A stretch of DNA of 64,000 nt, from assembly GCA_041671325.1 (NCBI GenBank), contig JBAZBR010000004.1, forward strand, positions 4,004 to 68,003, written 5' to 3'. Below, piece by piece: positions 7,306-17,800 of the stretch; position 1 is the stretch's first letter, and each line of letters opens with the position of its first letter. Source of the DNA: Patescibacteria group bacterium (lineage in GTDB: Bacteria > Patescibacteriota > Patescibacteriia > PEXW01). The position numbers and the translations under genes were made by a program. The notes under the pieces were generated by a model, which was not told the DNA's origin, did no database searches, and saw only the letters and a program-made list of their open reading frames with translations.

Positions 7306-7674
7306 TTAGGCGGTCACTTGATTGGTAGTCTTCAACACGAAGTTGACGATCGCCCAAGCCAGCAAAACCACAACTAAACCGATACAAGCTGAAGAAATGA
7401 TTTTCTTAGCTGAATCAACCTTATCTTCATTGCCACCCGCAGTCAGCCAGATAAAGCCACCGTAAAGAATCATGATAACCGCGATCAAGCCCAAGAGGCC
7501 TAATACAAAGGTAATCACGTTCAAAATCGTTGCCTTCAAATCAGTTGAAGTGAAGCCCAATGAACCGGCAAAAGTAGTATCAAAAGACACGGCTAAAGCC
7601 GCTATTGGTAAGGCCATTACACCCAGGGTTGCAGCGGTTGCAATTAAATATTTTTTGTTTAATTTCATAAACAC
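7306..7674 (-). CDS. VirB2/TrbC-like pilin family protein (paralog 4)
   Basis: Same architecture as the previous three genes. Confidence 0.5.
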   Translation of the reverse strand: MFMKLNKKYLIATAATLGVMALPIAALAVSFDTTFAGSLGFTSTDLKATILNVITFVLGLLGLIAVIMILYGGFIWLTAGGNEDKVDSAKKIISSACIGLVVVLLAWAIVNFVLKTTNQVTA

Positions 7675-7865
7675 ACCCCCTTTCCGATTTTTCGGTATAT
7701 TAGTCTAATCTAATTAAATCTTAGCTTATTTTGCTTAAAAGTCAAAGCTTTTAAACAGGTTATTGTACGCTTATTCAGAAAATAAATCAAGCCCCCAGGT
7801 TATTAGGGAAAAGTGGTAAAAAAATGAGTTTTTTGTCTTAACTTAGCTAAAAATTAGGATTTTAG

Positions 7866-8100
7866 GGTCCCCGTAAATCAGGCGCGCAAGCCCGCGAAAG
7901 CGGGATGAGCACGGATTTACGGGGAGAGGGGCACACTAATAGGGTCCCCACGAACGAGTAGCGGACCCCGCGGCCGCGGGGGAGTACGCATCTGCGGGGA
8001 GAGGGGCACTAAAAGGCTTTCTAAGAATAGGGGTCCCCATAAACGTGGCACGGAGCGGAGCGAGTACGCGTTTATGGGGAAAAGCGGCACATTTGTGGAG
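7866..8100. repeat. Three tandem ~77-88-nt hairpin units with conserved GGGTCCCC and GGGGAGAGGGGCAC flanks
   Basis: Unit stems are CCCCGTAAATC/GATTTACGGGG and CCCCATAAACG/CGTTTATGGGG; the middle unit is degenerate. The array lies in a divergent intergenic region, and the overlapping minus-strand ORF 7917-8114 looks spurious. Confidence 0.5.
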
Positions 8101-8324
8101 TCTGGAGTGGCCAAACGTTCAGTTTGGACACGAAAGGCGGAACAAATGTTGACGCGTGCGCCGTCGCGCCGTCGCGGTTTTATCGTGGATAACTCGGCCT
8201 TTTTTTGCCAAAACCTGTGTTAGCCTTAATTTAGTCAGTAAACAAACGCCATTCATTTCAATCCTGGAAAGGAGGTGAGTGGCATAACTAAAACCGTTCT
8301 TTTTAAACTGAAAGGAGAATCCAA

Positions 8325-9017
8325 ATGCAACGGATTCTTATTCTCGCCGGTTTGCTGCTCGCCTTGGTGTTGGCTGGGTGTAGTGAGCAGAGCGTCGCTC
8401 CAACTACGCAGGCCTCTGCTCAAGGTTTCTACTACGATGAAGTAGCTCAGACGTTGTTTCTGGATGGAAAAAGCATCGATCCAAGCGATGCGGCTATATG
8501 GTTGATTTCCAATCAGCCATCTAGCCAAGTTGTTCAAGAATTAGGAAAGATTCCTAATTCAATTCAAGAGCAGATTCTCAAAGCAGGAATGATCGCTATG
8601 GGGGTGAGTTCAGACACAGCAGCAGCTGTCCTAAAAGAACTATCTCTTCTGTTAGGACAAAAAGAGTCTTCCCAAGCAACTTCTGCCGCGGCTTGCCGGC
8701 AATTTATTGAATACCAGCCCTCCGCTGGTGCAACGGGCTGCAGAGGTTATTGGACGGATCCGTACTGTGATGGCGATCCTTCCGATAATGAGTACATTTT
8801 TGCATATTATCCGACCTGGTCGGATACGCCAGATGATGTGAGATGGTATACATACAATGCGTATGTGTACTATGCCTTGTGGGTGGCGTATCGTGCAAAT
8901 TTGCTTGCTCGTGATGCCTGTTCTCCGGGTGTATATCTTTGCATTGGCGATCGCGGCACCTGGCTCGCCGGCGGGCCAGTCGTTGTCAGTCTATATGTTC
9001 TTGTTGCTCATAACTGA
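8325..9017 (+). CDS. Lipoprotein (lipobox LAGC), Tyr/Trp/Cys-rich C-terminus
   Basis: MQRILILAGLLLALVLAGCSEQ signal peptide and lipobox, preceded by a GGAG RBS. Confidence 0.55.
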   Translation: MQRILILAGLLLALVLAGCSEQSVAPTTQASAQGFYYDEVAQTLFLDGKSIDPSDAAIWLISNQPSSQVVQELGKIPNSIQEQILKAGMIAMGVSSDTAAAVLKELSLLLGQKESSQATSAAACRQFIEYQPSAGATGCRGYWTDPYCDGDPSDNEYIFAYYPTWSDTPDDVRWYTYNAYVYYALWVAYRANLLARDACSPGVYLCIGDRGTWLAGGPVVVSLYVLVAHN

Positions 9018-9087
9018 AAAAAGAGGGGGAATGATTAATTGTCATTCTCCCTCATAAGTAAAAAATCTGTAAATCAATTTATTATTT

Positions 9088-9333
9088 ATGCTTAGGAAAT
9101 CTCAATTATCAAAAAGAATAATAATTTTAATCATAGTAGGGTACTATATTCTTGGTCTAGTTTTATTTTTAACCATCGGCAAGGATAGTCAGGCAGATTT
9201 TACAATGCAGCAAAGATTTGAAGAACTTCCCGGAAGTTTTCCAGAGTTGGCAATTTCTGGATTTTTTCAATACCTGATACTCCCCTTATTATGGCCAGCG
9301 CTTCTTATTTCAAAACTAATTATATTGTTATGA
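9088..9333 (+). CDS. Small membrane protein (hypothetical)
   Basis: Hydrophobic 81-aa ORF. Coding status is uncertain. Confidence 0.3.
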   Translation: MLRKSQLSKRIIILIIVGYYILGLVLFLTIGKDSQADFTMQQRFEELPGSFPELAISGFFQYLILPLLWPALLISKLIILL

Positions 9334-9611
9334 TCATCAAATTTCAGAATATCCTCAGACTTCTAAGCTTTGCGATTATCGGCGGTCTATGCTCCTTCGC
9401 TTTGAGTCTTTTTGGTTCACTGCTCTACCCCATGTCGATGTCGTCTTTATCTATTATTTCAATCGGCCTAAACATAACGGTTTGGCTGGGCATTATCCTT
9501 ACGGCAATATTCTTGAAGCAGCCCAAAAAAATCCCAGTACTTGTTTTTTTAATAGGTTTTATTTTTATTAGTCCATTTTTTTCGGGTTTAATTGTCACTT
9601 TAGGCGCTTAG
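9291..9611 (+). CDS. Small multi-TM membrane protein (hypothetical)
   Basis: A 106-aa hydrophobic ORF overlapping the previous one in another frame. Confidence 0.3.
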   Translation: MASASYFKTNYIVMIIKFQNILRLLSFAIIGGLCSFALSLFGSLLYPMSMSSLSIISIGLNITVWLGIILTAIFLKQPKKIPVLVFLIGFIFISPFFSGLIVTLGA

Positions 9612-9878
9612 TATTAAAAAAATAAAAAATGAAAAGGTGAGGTGAAAGTATTCGTGGAAAGAAAGGCCAAGAATGCACCTCACTAAAAGATTGAACCCAG
9701 TAACTGATTGTTCTTTAAAACTAAAGAAAGTGAGGTGATGTATTTGCCACACAAAGGCCTGGCATACCACAATGGGGGCTTTACTTAAGTAAAAAGGAGC
9801 TAAACCAGGAAACTTGTTGTCTTACTGACAAAACCTGAAAACTATTCCTCTATGTAGAGGGATAAAGGAGTAAAAAAC

Positions 9879-10688
9879 GTGAAAACTTCGAAAGTCTTGT
9901 CGATGATCGTTGCGATGTTATTCGTAGCCATAGGCACGCCCATGTACATGCAGGGCTGTTCCCAGAATGAAGGAACGTCAAACCTGCCAGCCAGGATTAC
10001 TGGTCCGGTGGACGCGGATTCTAATCTTGATGATGGGATTGGGACTGATGAAAACCAGACGCCAGATGTTGCTTATCGCTTATCTTCTGACCCAAGACAA
10101 GCGGTAAAACTAGAGTGTTTCTATGCCCTAAGCCAAGCCATTAATGGCTATTCTACGAAATCCATTAATGGCAATGCTGTGAGCAATTGGAATTTTATGG
10201 CCAACGACTTGAACGCTTACAACGTCATGAAGTCGCGCTATGGTTCCAATGCTTCTGTTTGGGGTTTGTATTACTCCAACCCAGCTTCGTATGGCTGTTA
10301 TGGTGGTTATGGCCGCGGCGGGCAGTGCGTACATTTCGTGAATTTGATTTTATATCGCAGTAGCGTTTATCAAGGTACGCTTCCGTCGTATGCTACCTGC
10401 CTGGCCAACTATAACAGCAGCCGTAGCTACACCAAGCCGTTCCGCCAACTCCGGGTGGGCGACATAATTCGCTCGTATAGCGCAAACGGCCATACGGCAA
10501 TTGTCGTAGCTATTTTAGCCGGAGTAGAAGGGTCGTCAGTGACATCCGTTGATGTAATTGATGCCAATTTTGTCGGCGGCATGGGTAACGAGATTATTGC
10601 CAGGCATATAATTTCCACGTCCGGATCGGGATATGGCGACCTGGATAATTATTATGCCGTCGATCTTATTGCTCTGGGTGGCCGTTAA
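9879..10688 (+). CDS. Secreted CHAP-domain peptidoglycan hydrolase (amidase/peptidase)
   Basis: Signal peptide, then GQCVHFVN (catalytic Cys) and NGHTAIVVA (catalytic His), both typical of the CHAP domain. Confidence 0.6.
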   Translation: MKTSKVLSMIVAMLFVAIGTPMYMQGCSQNEGTSNLPARITGPVDADSNLDDGIGTDENQTPDVAYRLSSDPRQAVKLECFYALSQAINGYSTKSINGNAVSNWNFMANDLNAYNVMKSRYGSNASVWGLYYSNPASYGCYGGYGRGGQCVHFVNLILYRSSVYQGTLPSYATCLANYNSSRSYTKPFRQLRVGDIIRSYSANGHTAIVVAILAGVEGSSVTSVDVIDANFVGGMGNEIIARHIISTSGSGYGDLDNYYAVDLIALGGR

Positions 10689-10767
10689 TCACTTTGCTTT
10701 GCCAAAAATGTCTGGGGAAAAGCATTCATGCTTTTCCCCAGATGGCTAATTCATTTTAATATCAATT

Positions 10768-11355
10768 TTGTCTTTCAAATATCGAAAATTTATGAAAAAT
10801 AAGCAACTCTTCTCAATTATTATCCCTGTAGTAGTCATTATATTAGCTATAGGTATTTATAAAGTTGCATCGATTTCAAAAAATTCTGACAATGAATCAA
10901 ACAGAACTAATGTCAGCAATGCGAATACCATTATTTATAAAACCGTAACTCTAGTTAATAGTAAGTATAGCTTTCAAATTCCCCAAGGTTATATTGCTTG
11001 TGAAAATTTTAATAAGCAAAATGTAAACGCAGCCTTAATTGCCTATGTCTGGTCGGATGGGACGTGTGATCATACCCAAGACGCTCCAGAAATTCAAGTG
11101 TTTGCTTATGCCAAGAATAATTTAAACCCCGAAAAATTTTTACGACAACGAGCAAGCGAAGGGTTTATGGATTTAAATCAGGATGCATTTAATCTTGAAA
11201 GCTTGAATGTCGGCACGCGGACAATAACTCAGATTTCAGTATCCAGGACAGAAACCTTTATTGCGGTTTTACCCTTGAATAGTAATTATTTTTTTGTGGC
11301 GACCCAATCACAATTAATAGGAGAAGCTAAAAAAATATTAGAGACCATTACTTAA
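10768..11355 (+). CDS. Membrane-anchored hypothetical protein
   Basis: N-terminal TM helix LFSIIIPVVVIILAIGIY. No recognised domain. Confidence 0.4.
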   Translation: MSFKYRKFMKNKQLFSIIIPVVVIILAIGIYKVASISKNSDNESNRTNVSNANTIIYKTVTLVNSKYSFQIPQGYIACENFNKQNVNAALIAYVWSDGTCDHTQDAPEIQVFAYAKNNLNPEKFLRQRASEGFMDLNQDAFNLESLNVGTRTITQISVSRTETFIAVLPLNSNYFFVATQSQLIGEAKKILETIT

Positions 11356-11660
11356 TTAACCCAAACCCAAACACCCGGGTCTTGGAAAGGAGATACCCGC
11401 GTGCTTGGTGATTTTGTCCGGATACCACTTTTGCTTTTACGCTCTTTTGGCATCCGAAAACCAGTATGAAGCAAACTCAAGAAAAGTCAACCCCGCACCA
11501 CTTTTTAAGTAAATATCAATTGGCTACTTTAGGGTATTATTTTGGCGAATATCCTAACAAATTGTATAAATGTTTGTATAAAAAGTGGTGCGGGGTCAAG
11601 CAAATTTGCCAATTTTCCCTTTAAATTAGCCATTTTTATTAAAGAAAGGGGGTGTATATT

Positions 11661-12071
11661 ATGAATTTGAATAAAGCTGTTTTAATGGGCAACTTAACCC
11701 ATGATCCTAAAGTCAAAAACCTGAATGGTAACCAAAAAGTCGCCACTTTTTCCGTGGCCACAAACTACGCGTGGCGTGATTACAAGACCAAGACCACTAA
11801 AGAGTCTGTGGAATTCCATCCGATCGTGGCCTGGGGCAAGTTAGCAGAAATCATCGAGAAGTACATGAAAAAAGGCGACCGGGTTTATGTGGAAGGCCGT
11901 TTGGCCACCCGTAAGTGGGAAGATAAAGAAAAGTTGAAGCACGAACGTACAGAAGTAGTTGCCCAAAACTTGATTATGTTAGGCTCCGCACGGAAAGGCG
12001 CGAAGCCCCAAGCGGTCGCAAACGCGGTCGCGCCAGAAGAAGGCGCTCTGGAAGAAGTTCCAGTGGCTTAA
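11661..12071 (+). CDS. ssb: Single-stranded DNA-binding protein
   Basis: MNLNKAVLMGNLTHDPKV...FSVATN...W..I.AWGKLAE... OB-fold pattern with an acidic C-terminal tail (EEGALEEVPVA). Start taken at the ATG at 11661 after a GGGGGTG RBS. Confidence 0.85.
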   Translation: MNLNKAVLMGNLTHDPKVKNLNGNQKVATFSVATNYAWRDYKTKTTKESVEFHPIVAWGKLAEIIEKYMKKGDRVYVEGRLATRKWEDKEKLKHERTEVVAQNLIMLGSARKGAKPQAVANAVAPEEGALEEVPVA

Positions 12072-12232
12072 TTTTGGTTTGTTCTTTTTTAATTTGTAAT
12101 TAATTCAATTTCGTCCCCTTGTCCTCTCCCCGTTGATGAAAATTTGGCGGGGAGTGATAAGGAGAAGAAGGGGTGGTTTTAGTTCTAGGCGTAGTAAGAA
12201 GTATCGGTGTGGGTATTAGTTTTAGGAAAATT

Positions 12233-12457
12233 ATGCCAGAAAAAAATATTGAGATCGGTGACCAAGTCGAAGTCATAATCAATGGTCGGTTAATGAAACT
12301 AAAAATTGTTTCTGGTCCTGGGGATTTAAGTAAAGGTCAATTGAATGTAACTACGCCAGTGGGCCAAGCTATTCTTGGTCGGCGAGTCGGGGAGTCCTGT
12401 TCGTTAACAATAACTCCGCCAAAAACTTTAAATATTAAAATTATCAAGATTTTATGA
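12233..12457 (+). CDS. GreA/GreB C-terminal (FKBP-like) domain protein
   Basis: IGDQVEVIINGRLMKLKIVSGPGD...VTTPVGQAILGRRVGESCSLTITPPKT matches the GreA C-terminal domain consensus. Start chosen at the ATG at 12233. Confidence 0.45.
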   Translation: MPEKNIEIGDQVEVIINGRLMKLKIVSGPGDLSKGQLNVTTPVGQAILGRRVGESCSLTITPPKTLNIKIIKIL

Positions 12458-14391
12458 AAAAGTTTTATTTGTTATCAATATTAATATTTATCATGCCATT
12501 TAAGTTTGCTCATGCGACCGTAGCCAATCACATAGTCATCGGCGAAATCCAGATCAGCGGCGCCACTGGCTTTAGCACGGATGAATTCGTCGAGCTTTAT
12601 AATCCTTTGGATAATTCAGTTGACCTTACGGGTTGGCAATTAATCAAAAGGACAGCCAGTGGCGCCGCCTATCCGCTTATTGATTCCTTCGAATTATCAC
12701 AAATTCCAGCGCATGGCTATTTTTTAATTGCTCATCCAACGGGCTACAAAGGCGCTATTAATCCAGACGCGCGCTATTCAACCACCAATTCCATTTCTTC
12801 TGATAACAGCGTGGAATTAGTAAATACCCAAGGCATTGTAGATTTGGTCGGCTGGGGTAAAGCAACGCATCTTGAAAATCAAGTCGCTTTAAATCCTGGA
12901 AATTCCAAAAGCTTGGAAAGAAAAGCTTTAATCAGTTCAACCCAAGATACCATGAAAGATGGTGGCGCTGACATGTTTCGGGGTAATGGCGAGGATACGG
13001 ATAATAATGGCAATGATTTGGTGATTCGTGAAAATCCTGAACCGCAAAACACAGCTTCGGATTTGGAATTCATTAACGCCGCTGCGCCTGTGACGCCAAT
13101 CACCCAGCCCGTAAATACGAATTCCAACGTCAATACCAATACTAATTCAGTTAGCAATCAAAGCCAGAGTATTATAATCGGGCCTAAAACTTTAATAATC
13201 ACTGAATTGTTCCCCAACCCCAAAGGAGATGATTCTAAAGAGGAATTTATTGAAATATTTAATTTTGGCGAAGAAGCTATTGATTTGAAAAATTGGAAAG
13301 TTGAGGATACCTCCAAATCCAGTTTTACTTTTCCAGTCTTGGTTTTATCACCAGGAAAATATTACGCAGTGAAAAGGCCAGAATCTGGTATTGCCTTGAA
13401 TAATACCGGCGGCGATACTGTAAATTTAGTTTCACCAGATGGTGAAACTGTGTCCAGCGTGAAATATAAGGAGGCGGCGGCTGAAGCGCGGGCATATGCC
13501 TATATAAATAAGGAGTGGATTTGGACCAATAAACCAACGCCTGGCGCGGATAACGTTTTTACTGATCCAAACAACCCGCCGGTGGCCATAATTAAGGAAG
13601 TTGAAACTGAAATAAAAGTCAGGCAAGAAATTCAATTTTCAGCCGCAGAGTCTTCTGATCCAGATGGCGATGACCTGGATTTTGTTTGGGATTTTAGTGA
13701 TGGTAAAACAGACCAAGGCTCCAAAGTCAAACACGTCTTTGCAAAGCCCGGAAAATTTATTGTTACCCTGATTGCCAAGGATTCCAAAGGTAAAGTTAGC
13801 CAAAGCAAAATTACTATTAAAGTAAGTGATTACCAGAAAAGTAAAGACTTGAGCATATCTGCCTTAATGCCTAATCCTGTAGAAGGGGAGGAAGAGTGGG
13901 TGGAAATCCAAAATTCTGGATCCAAGCCAGTAAATCTGGAAGCTTGGCAATTAAAATCCAAAACAAAGATTACTAAATTATCTGGCATGATTAATGCCAA
14001 AACCATCCTTCGTTTGACTGAAGAAGATTTGAATTTCACTTTGCGGAATGACGGGGCAACAATTGAGTTTTTGGATCCAGATGGGAAAATAATAAGTTCA
14101 GTAACATATCCTAAGGCTAAAAAAGGTGAAAAGTTTATTAAGGACTCGTCTGGTAGATATATTTCGGATTTGAGCCAGGAGCTTGGCGGCTTAGTCGAAC
14201 CAAAAAATCCAAATTCCACAGGTAAGGTCGAAGGCGAGAATGTTGAAAAAGCCGTTGCCACAACCCAACCCATAAATCTTTCTGATCAGGAAAAAGCCAA
14301 TAATTCTCTGCCCATTTGGTCATGGTTGGTAGTTGGTGGTGGGCTGGGCGGAGGCTGGCTGATTTGGGAAATTATCAGGAAAAAGCATTAA
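12454..14391 (+). CDS. Cell-surface protein with three lamin-tail domains, a PKD domain and a C-terminal TM anchor
   Basis: LTD signatures: IVIGEIQISG...DEFVELYNP...VDLTGWQL, LIITELFPNPKGDD..EEFIEIFNFG and ISALMPNPVEGEEEWVEIQNSG. PKD signature: FVWDFSDGKTDQGSKVKHVFAKPGKF. The C-terminus is GGGLGGGWLIWEIIRKKH. Confidence 0.7.
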   Translation: MKKFYLLSILIFIMPFKFAHATVANHIVIGEIQISGATGFSTDEFVELYNPLDNSVDLTGWQLIKRTASGAAYPLIDSFELSQIPAHGYFLIAHPTGYKGAINPDARYSTTNSISSDNSVELVNTQGIVDLVGWGKATHLENQVALNPGNSKSLERKALISSTQDTMKDGGADMFRGNGEDTDNNGNDLVIRENPEPQNTASDLEFINAAAPVTPITQPVNTNSNVNTNTNSVSNQSQSIIIGPKTLIITELFPNPKGDDSKEEFIEIFNFGEEAIDLKNWKVEDTSKSSFTFPVLVLSPGKYYAVKRPESGIALNNTGGDTVNLVSPDGETVSSVKYKEAAAEARAYAYINKEWIWTNKPTPGADNVFTDPNNPPVAIIKEVETEIKVRQEIQFSAAESSDPDGDDLDFVWDFSDGKTDQGSKVKHVFAKPGKFIVTLIAKDSKGKVSQSKITIKVSDYQKSKDLSISALMPNPVEGEEEWVEIQNSGSKPVNLEAWQLKSKTKITKLSGMINAKTILRLTEEDLNFTLRNDGATIEFLDPDGKIISSVTYPKAKKGEKFIKDSSGRYISDLSQELGGLVEPKNPNSTGKVEGENVEKAVATTQPINLSDQEKANNSLPIWSWLVVGGGLGGGWLIWEIIRKKH

Positions 14392-14434
14392 GCAACGGAG
14401 TACCTTAAAAAAGCAGGGTTTTTAGTGTATAGTA

Positions 14435-14848
14435 ATGGATATGGCACTGAGCCGAAAAATTCCAAAACAGAAAGTCAAACCCTTGATTTTGGTCGTGGAA
14501 GACGAGATTTCCGTGGCCGCGGCCTTGCGGGAAAATTTAGTTGAAAGGGGTTATAACGTTGAAGTGGCAAAAGACGGCATTGAAGCCATTGAAAAAGCCC
14601 GGTCTTTAAAACCCGCGGCAATTATTTTGGATTTGGGTTTGCCAAAACAGAATGGCCTGCAAGTAATTGAAAGGCTTAAGTCGACCAAAGCGGATTTCAG
14701 CATCCCGGTAATCGTGCTTTCGCAGGTGGAAAGTACGGTCGTCCTGCAAAAGTGCGAAGAGTTAGGCATGTCATGCTATTTCGTTAAAACCCACACCTCA
14801 ATTCAAAAAGTGATTGATACAGTCTTAAAGACTGTACCTTTAAGATAA
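14435..14848 (+). CDS. Stand-alone response regulator receiver (CheY-like REC) protein
   Basis: ILVVEDE...D(G)...AIILDLGLP..NGL...LKS.....IPVIVLS pattern. Confidence 0.8.
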   Translation: MDMALSRKIPKQKVKPLILVVEDEISVAAALRENLVERGYNVEVAKDGIEAIEKARSLKPAAIILDLGLPKQNGLQVIERLKSTKADFSIPVIVLSQVESTVVLQKCEELGMSCYFVKTHTSIQKVIDTVLKTVPLR

Positions 14849-14878
14849 TAATTTTTTAATTCCTTAATTTTTAACCAT

Positions 14879-17800
14879 ATGGCGCTAAGACTTTGGTCAT
14901 CCAAACCAATTCGCGCATGGCTTTTTAGCGTTTGCGCAATTGCTCTTATCTTAGTCGGTCTGGGAGCATATTTTAAGTTTTTTTATCAACCTGCCAAGAC
15001 TGGACCACAAGCCTTTGACAAAGTAGTTATTCCGGCTGATGCAAAGCTTGGGCAATTTTTCTTGCAACCCACCAAAGCTGACGCCCTCGGCGTGGAAACC
15101 GACACCGCCTTTACTTTAAAAAGCAGCATCCCAATCCAGAAAAAAGACATAGAAGTTTCTTTAAGCATATTGCCAAAAGTGGATTTGGCAATTGCCTCAG
15201 TAAGCGATAAAGAATTTACCATCACACCCAAAGAAAAATTAGCTGCCGGTTCGGTTTATAAGATCAGCCTGGGTACTACGGTGAAGTCCGATACAGGTTC
15301 AGAAAAGCAGATTTTTTCCTGGGCCTACCAACCCAAAGAAAGTTTGGAAATTGACGGAACCTTGCCCAAGAACAAAGCCACAGGCGTACCCTTGAACACC
15401 GGCATTGAAGTGACATTCAATACTGATAAGGTAAAAGATTTTGAAAAAAATATTACTTTTTCACCTGCTCTGGAGGGACGTTTTGAAAAACACGGCCGAG
15501 TTGTGGCTTTTGTACCTAAAGAGCGTTTGCGGCCAAGTACCCTGTATTCAGTTGTGGTGGCTAAGGGCTTGCCGATTAATGGTTCTTCAGTCAGTTTAGC
15601 TAGTGATTTCATTTTTAAATTTGAAACCGCCGGCACAGATGATAATAATGGTTATAGTTATCCTGATTTTTTTGATCCCTCATTCCACGCGGTCAAGCCT
15701 GGTGAAGCGCCGGTAATTGAATCAAATAATACAATTGGAGACCTTACTTCTTCAAAGGCAGTGGTTTATAAATTCAAGGATAATGCGGAGCTGGTTGAAC
15801 GTTTAAAACCCCTGGATGAAATTCCAGAATGGGCCTATTGGTCCAGGAAGCAAGCACTGATTAAGCTTGAGGGTTTGCACAAGATCGGGGAATACACGCC
15901 GACTGTGGAAATTCATGATTACCAAAGATTCATCCGCATGCCTAATGGTTTTGATGCGCGTTATTATGTTATGGATTTAACTTTAAATAAGCAGCGTTTG
16001 CAGACCGTGGTGGCGGTCAGCGAAATTGGGGCGGCCATGTATGCCAGCAGGCAAGAGGCGGTTTTATGGGTTCAAGATTTAAAAACTAAGGAACCTTTGG
16101 TTGGCGGAAGCGTCAAGAATTTGGAAAGTTCAGAGGAAAAGATCATTGATAAAGATGGTTTAGCAAAATTGAAAACCCCGTCGGCGGTAACTGGCGGGAA
16201 TGATTCTTTGGCCACCCGTTCTTACTTTTCAGTCACAGCCAAGGACGGCCGGAATTTGATCGTGCCAATTGCCCAAAATTTTTACGGCAGTTGGATGAAT
16301 TATGGCATGGGCTGGCGCAGCAGTAATCCGGATTATTGGGCTTATGTTTCCACCGATCGGACACTATACCGACCAGATGACACGGTAAACGTTTGGGGCG
16401 TGGTCAGGGATAGGCAGGCCACAAATTTTACTGACCAGGAAGTTAAAATGGAAATTTGGACTTGGAATTATGTGGATGGCAACAGTGATTACATCCCGCT
16501 GGTTACCGAGACAGTCAAGACTGGTGAATATGGCAATTATATAAAATCCATAAAACTAGACCACCTGACCTCAGGCAGCTACACTTTATCAGTCAAGAAT
16601 TCTAACAATGAAATTATTGCCTCGAAATATTTTGAGGTCAGGACTTTTGCCAAACCGGCTTACCAAATCTTGGTTACCCCGGATAAGTTAGCCGGATTTG
16701 ATGGCGAAGAAATTACCTACAGCATCCAGACCCAATTTTTTGACGGTACGCCAGCACCGAACATTAAATTGGCTTATTCGGATTACGGCCAGGCAGGCGA
16801 AGCAGGGACTAAAATCATTACGGATGCGCAAGGCAAAGCTTCAGTTAAAGTCACTATCAACGCCAAAGACCCGAAGAACATCCAGTACATCCATAAAAGT
16901 TTCTTCCCGCAAGACGCAGCTGAAGGCGATATTGTGGCTGACACGGACGTGATTGGCTATCCTAGCGCAGTGACTTTTGACCCAACTGGCCAATTTGAAG
17001 GCAACAACGCCAAAATTTCTTTGACTTTATCCACGATCGACACCAGCAAAGTGAATACCACTTGGTATTATATGCAAGATATTAAGGGCGTGATTGTGCC
17101 GAATTCAGAAATAACTGGTACGGTTTATGAACAAATTACAAAAAAAACTAAAAGAGGAGAAGAATATAATTTCATTGAAAAAACCGTGGTGGATTTGTAT
17201 GACTATACCACCACTGATGAAAAACGTGAAGATTTTTCCGGCCTGACTAATGATAAAGGAATTTTTGAAAAAGAATTTAACTTAACCGGCACGCAATATC
17301 GGATTGATATTACGGCAAAAGACCAGAATGGGCGCAAGGTTACGCGCTCGGTTTATCTTTATAAAGACGGTTACCACGAATACAGCCAGAACAATGATTA
17401 TATGGTTACTGATGCCCAAGACCTGGCTGATGCCAACGGTGTTTCAAAGAAATATAACATCGGCGAAACCACGGAAATCCGCTTAATAAAAAATGGCCAG
17501 CCAGTCAAAGGCAAGGGGCCTTTCCTGTTCATTAAGATGCAAAACGGTATTAAAGAAGTAAGCGTAAAAGATGTTTCAACTTTTAAATATGTTTTTAAGG
17601 CTGAAGACGCGCCGAATATTAGTTTTTCCGCAGCCTACTTTAATGGCAGTAGTTTTATCCTGACTAATTATTCGGCCAATTTAGTTTTCAATGAACAGAG
17701 CCGGGCTTTAAACCTTAAGCTTGAACCCGGCCAGGCAACTTACGCGCCAGGCGATAAAGCCAAATTAAAAGTTACAGTGACTAATAAGCAAAATCAGCCA

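Noticed and set aside
7866-8100. Possible CRISPR array, given the tandem repeats with internal palindromes
   Set aside because: There are only three units, the unit length varies (77-88 nt), no constant direct repeat alternates with unique spacers, and no cas genes lie nearby.
7917-8114. Minus-strand 65-aa Pro/Arg-rich ORF
   Set aside because: It is generated by the GC-rich hairpin repeat array and has no RBS.
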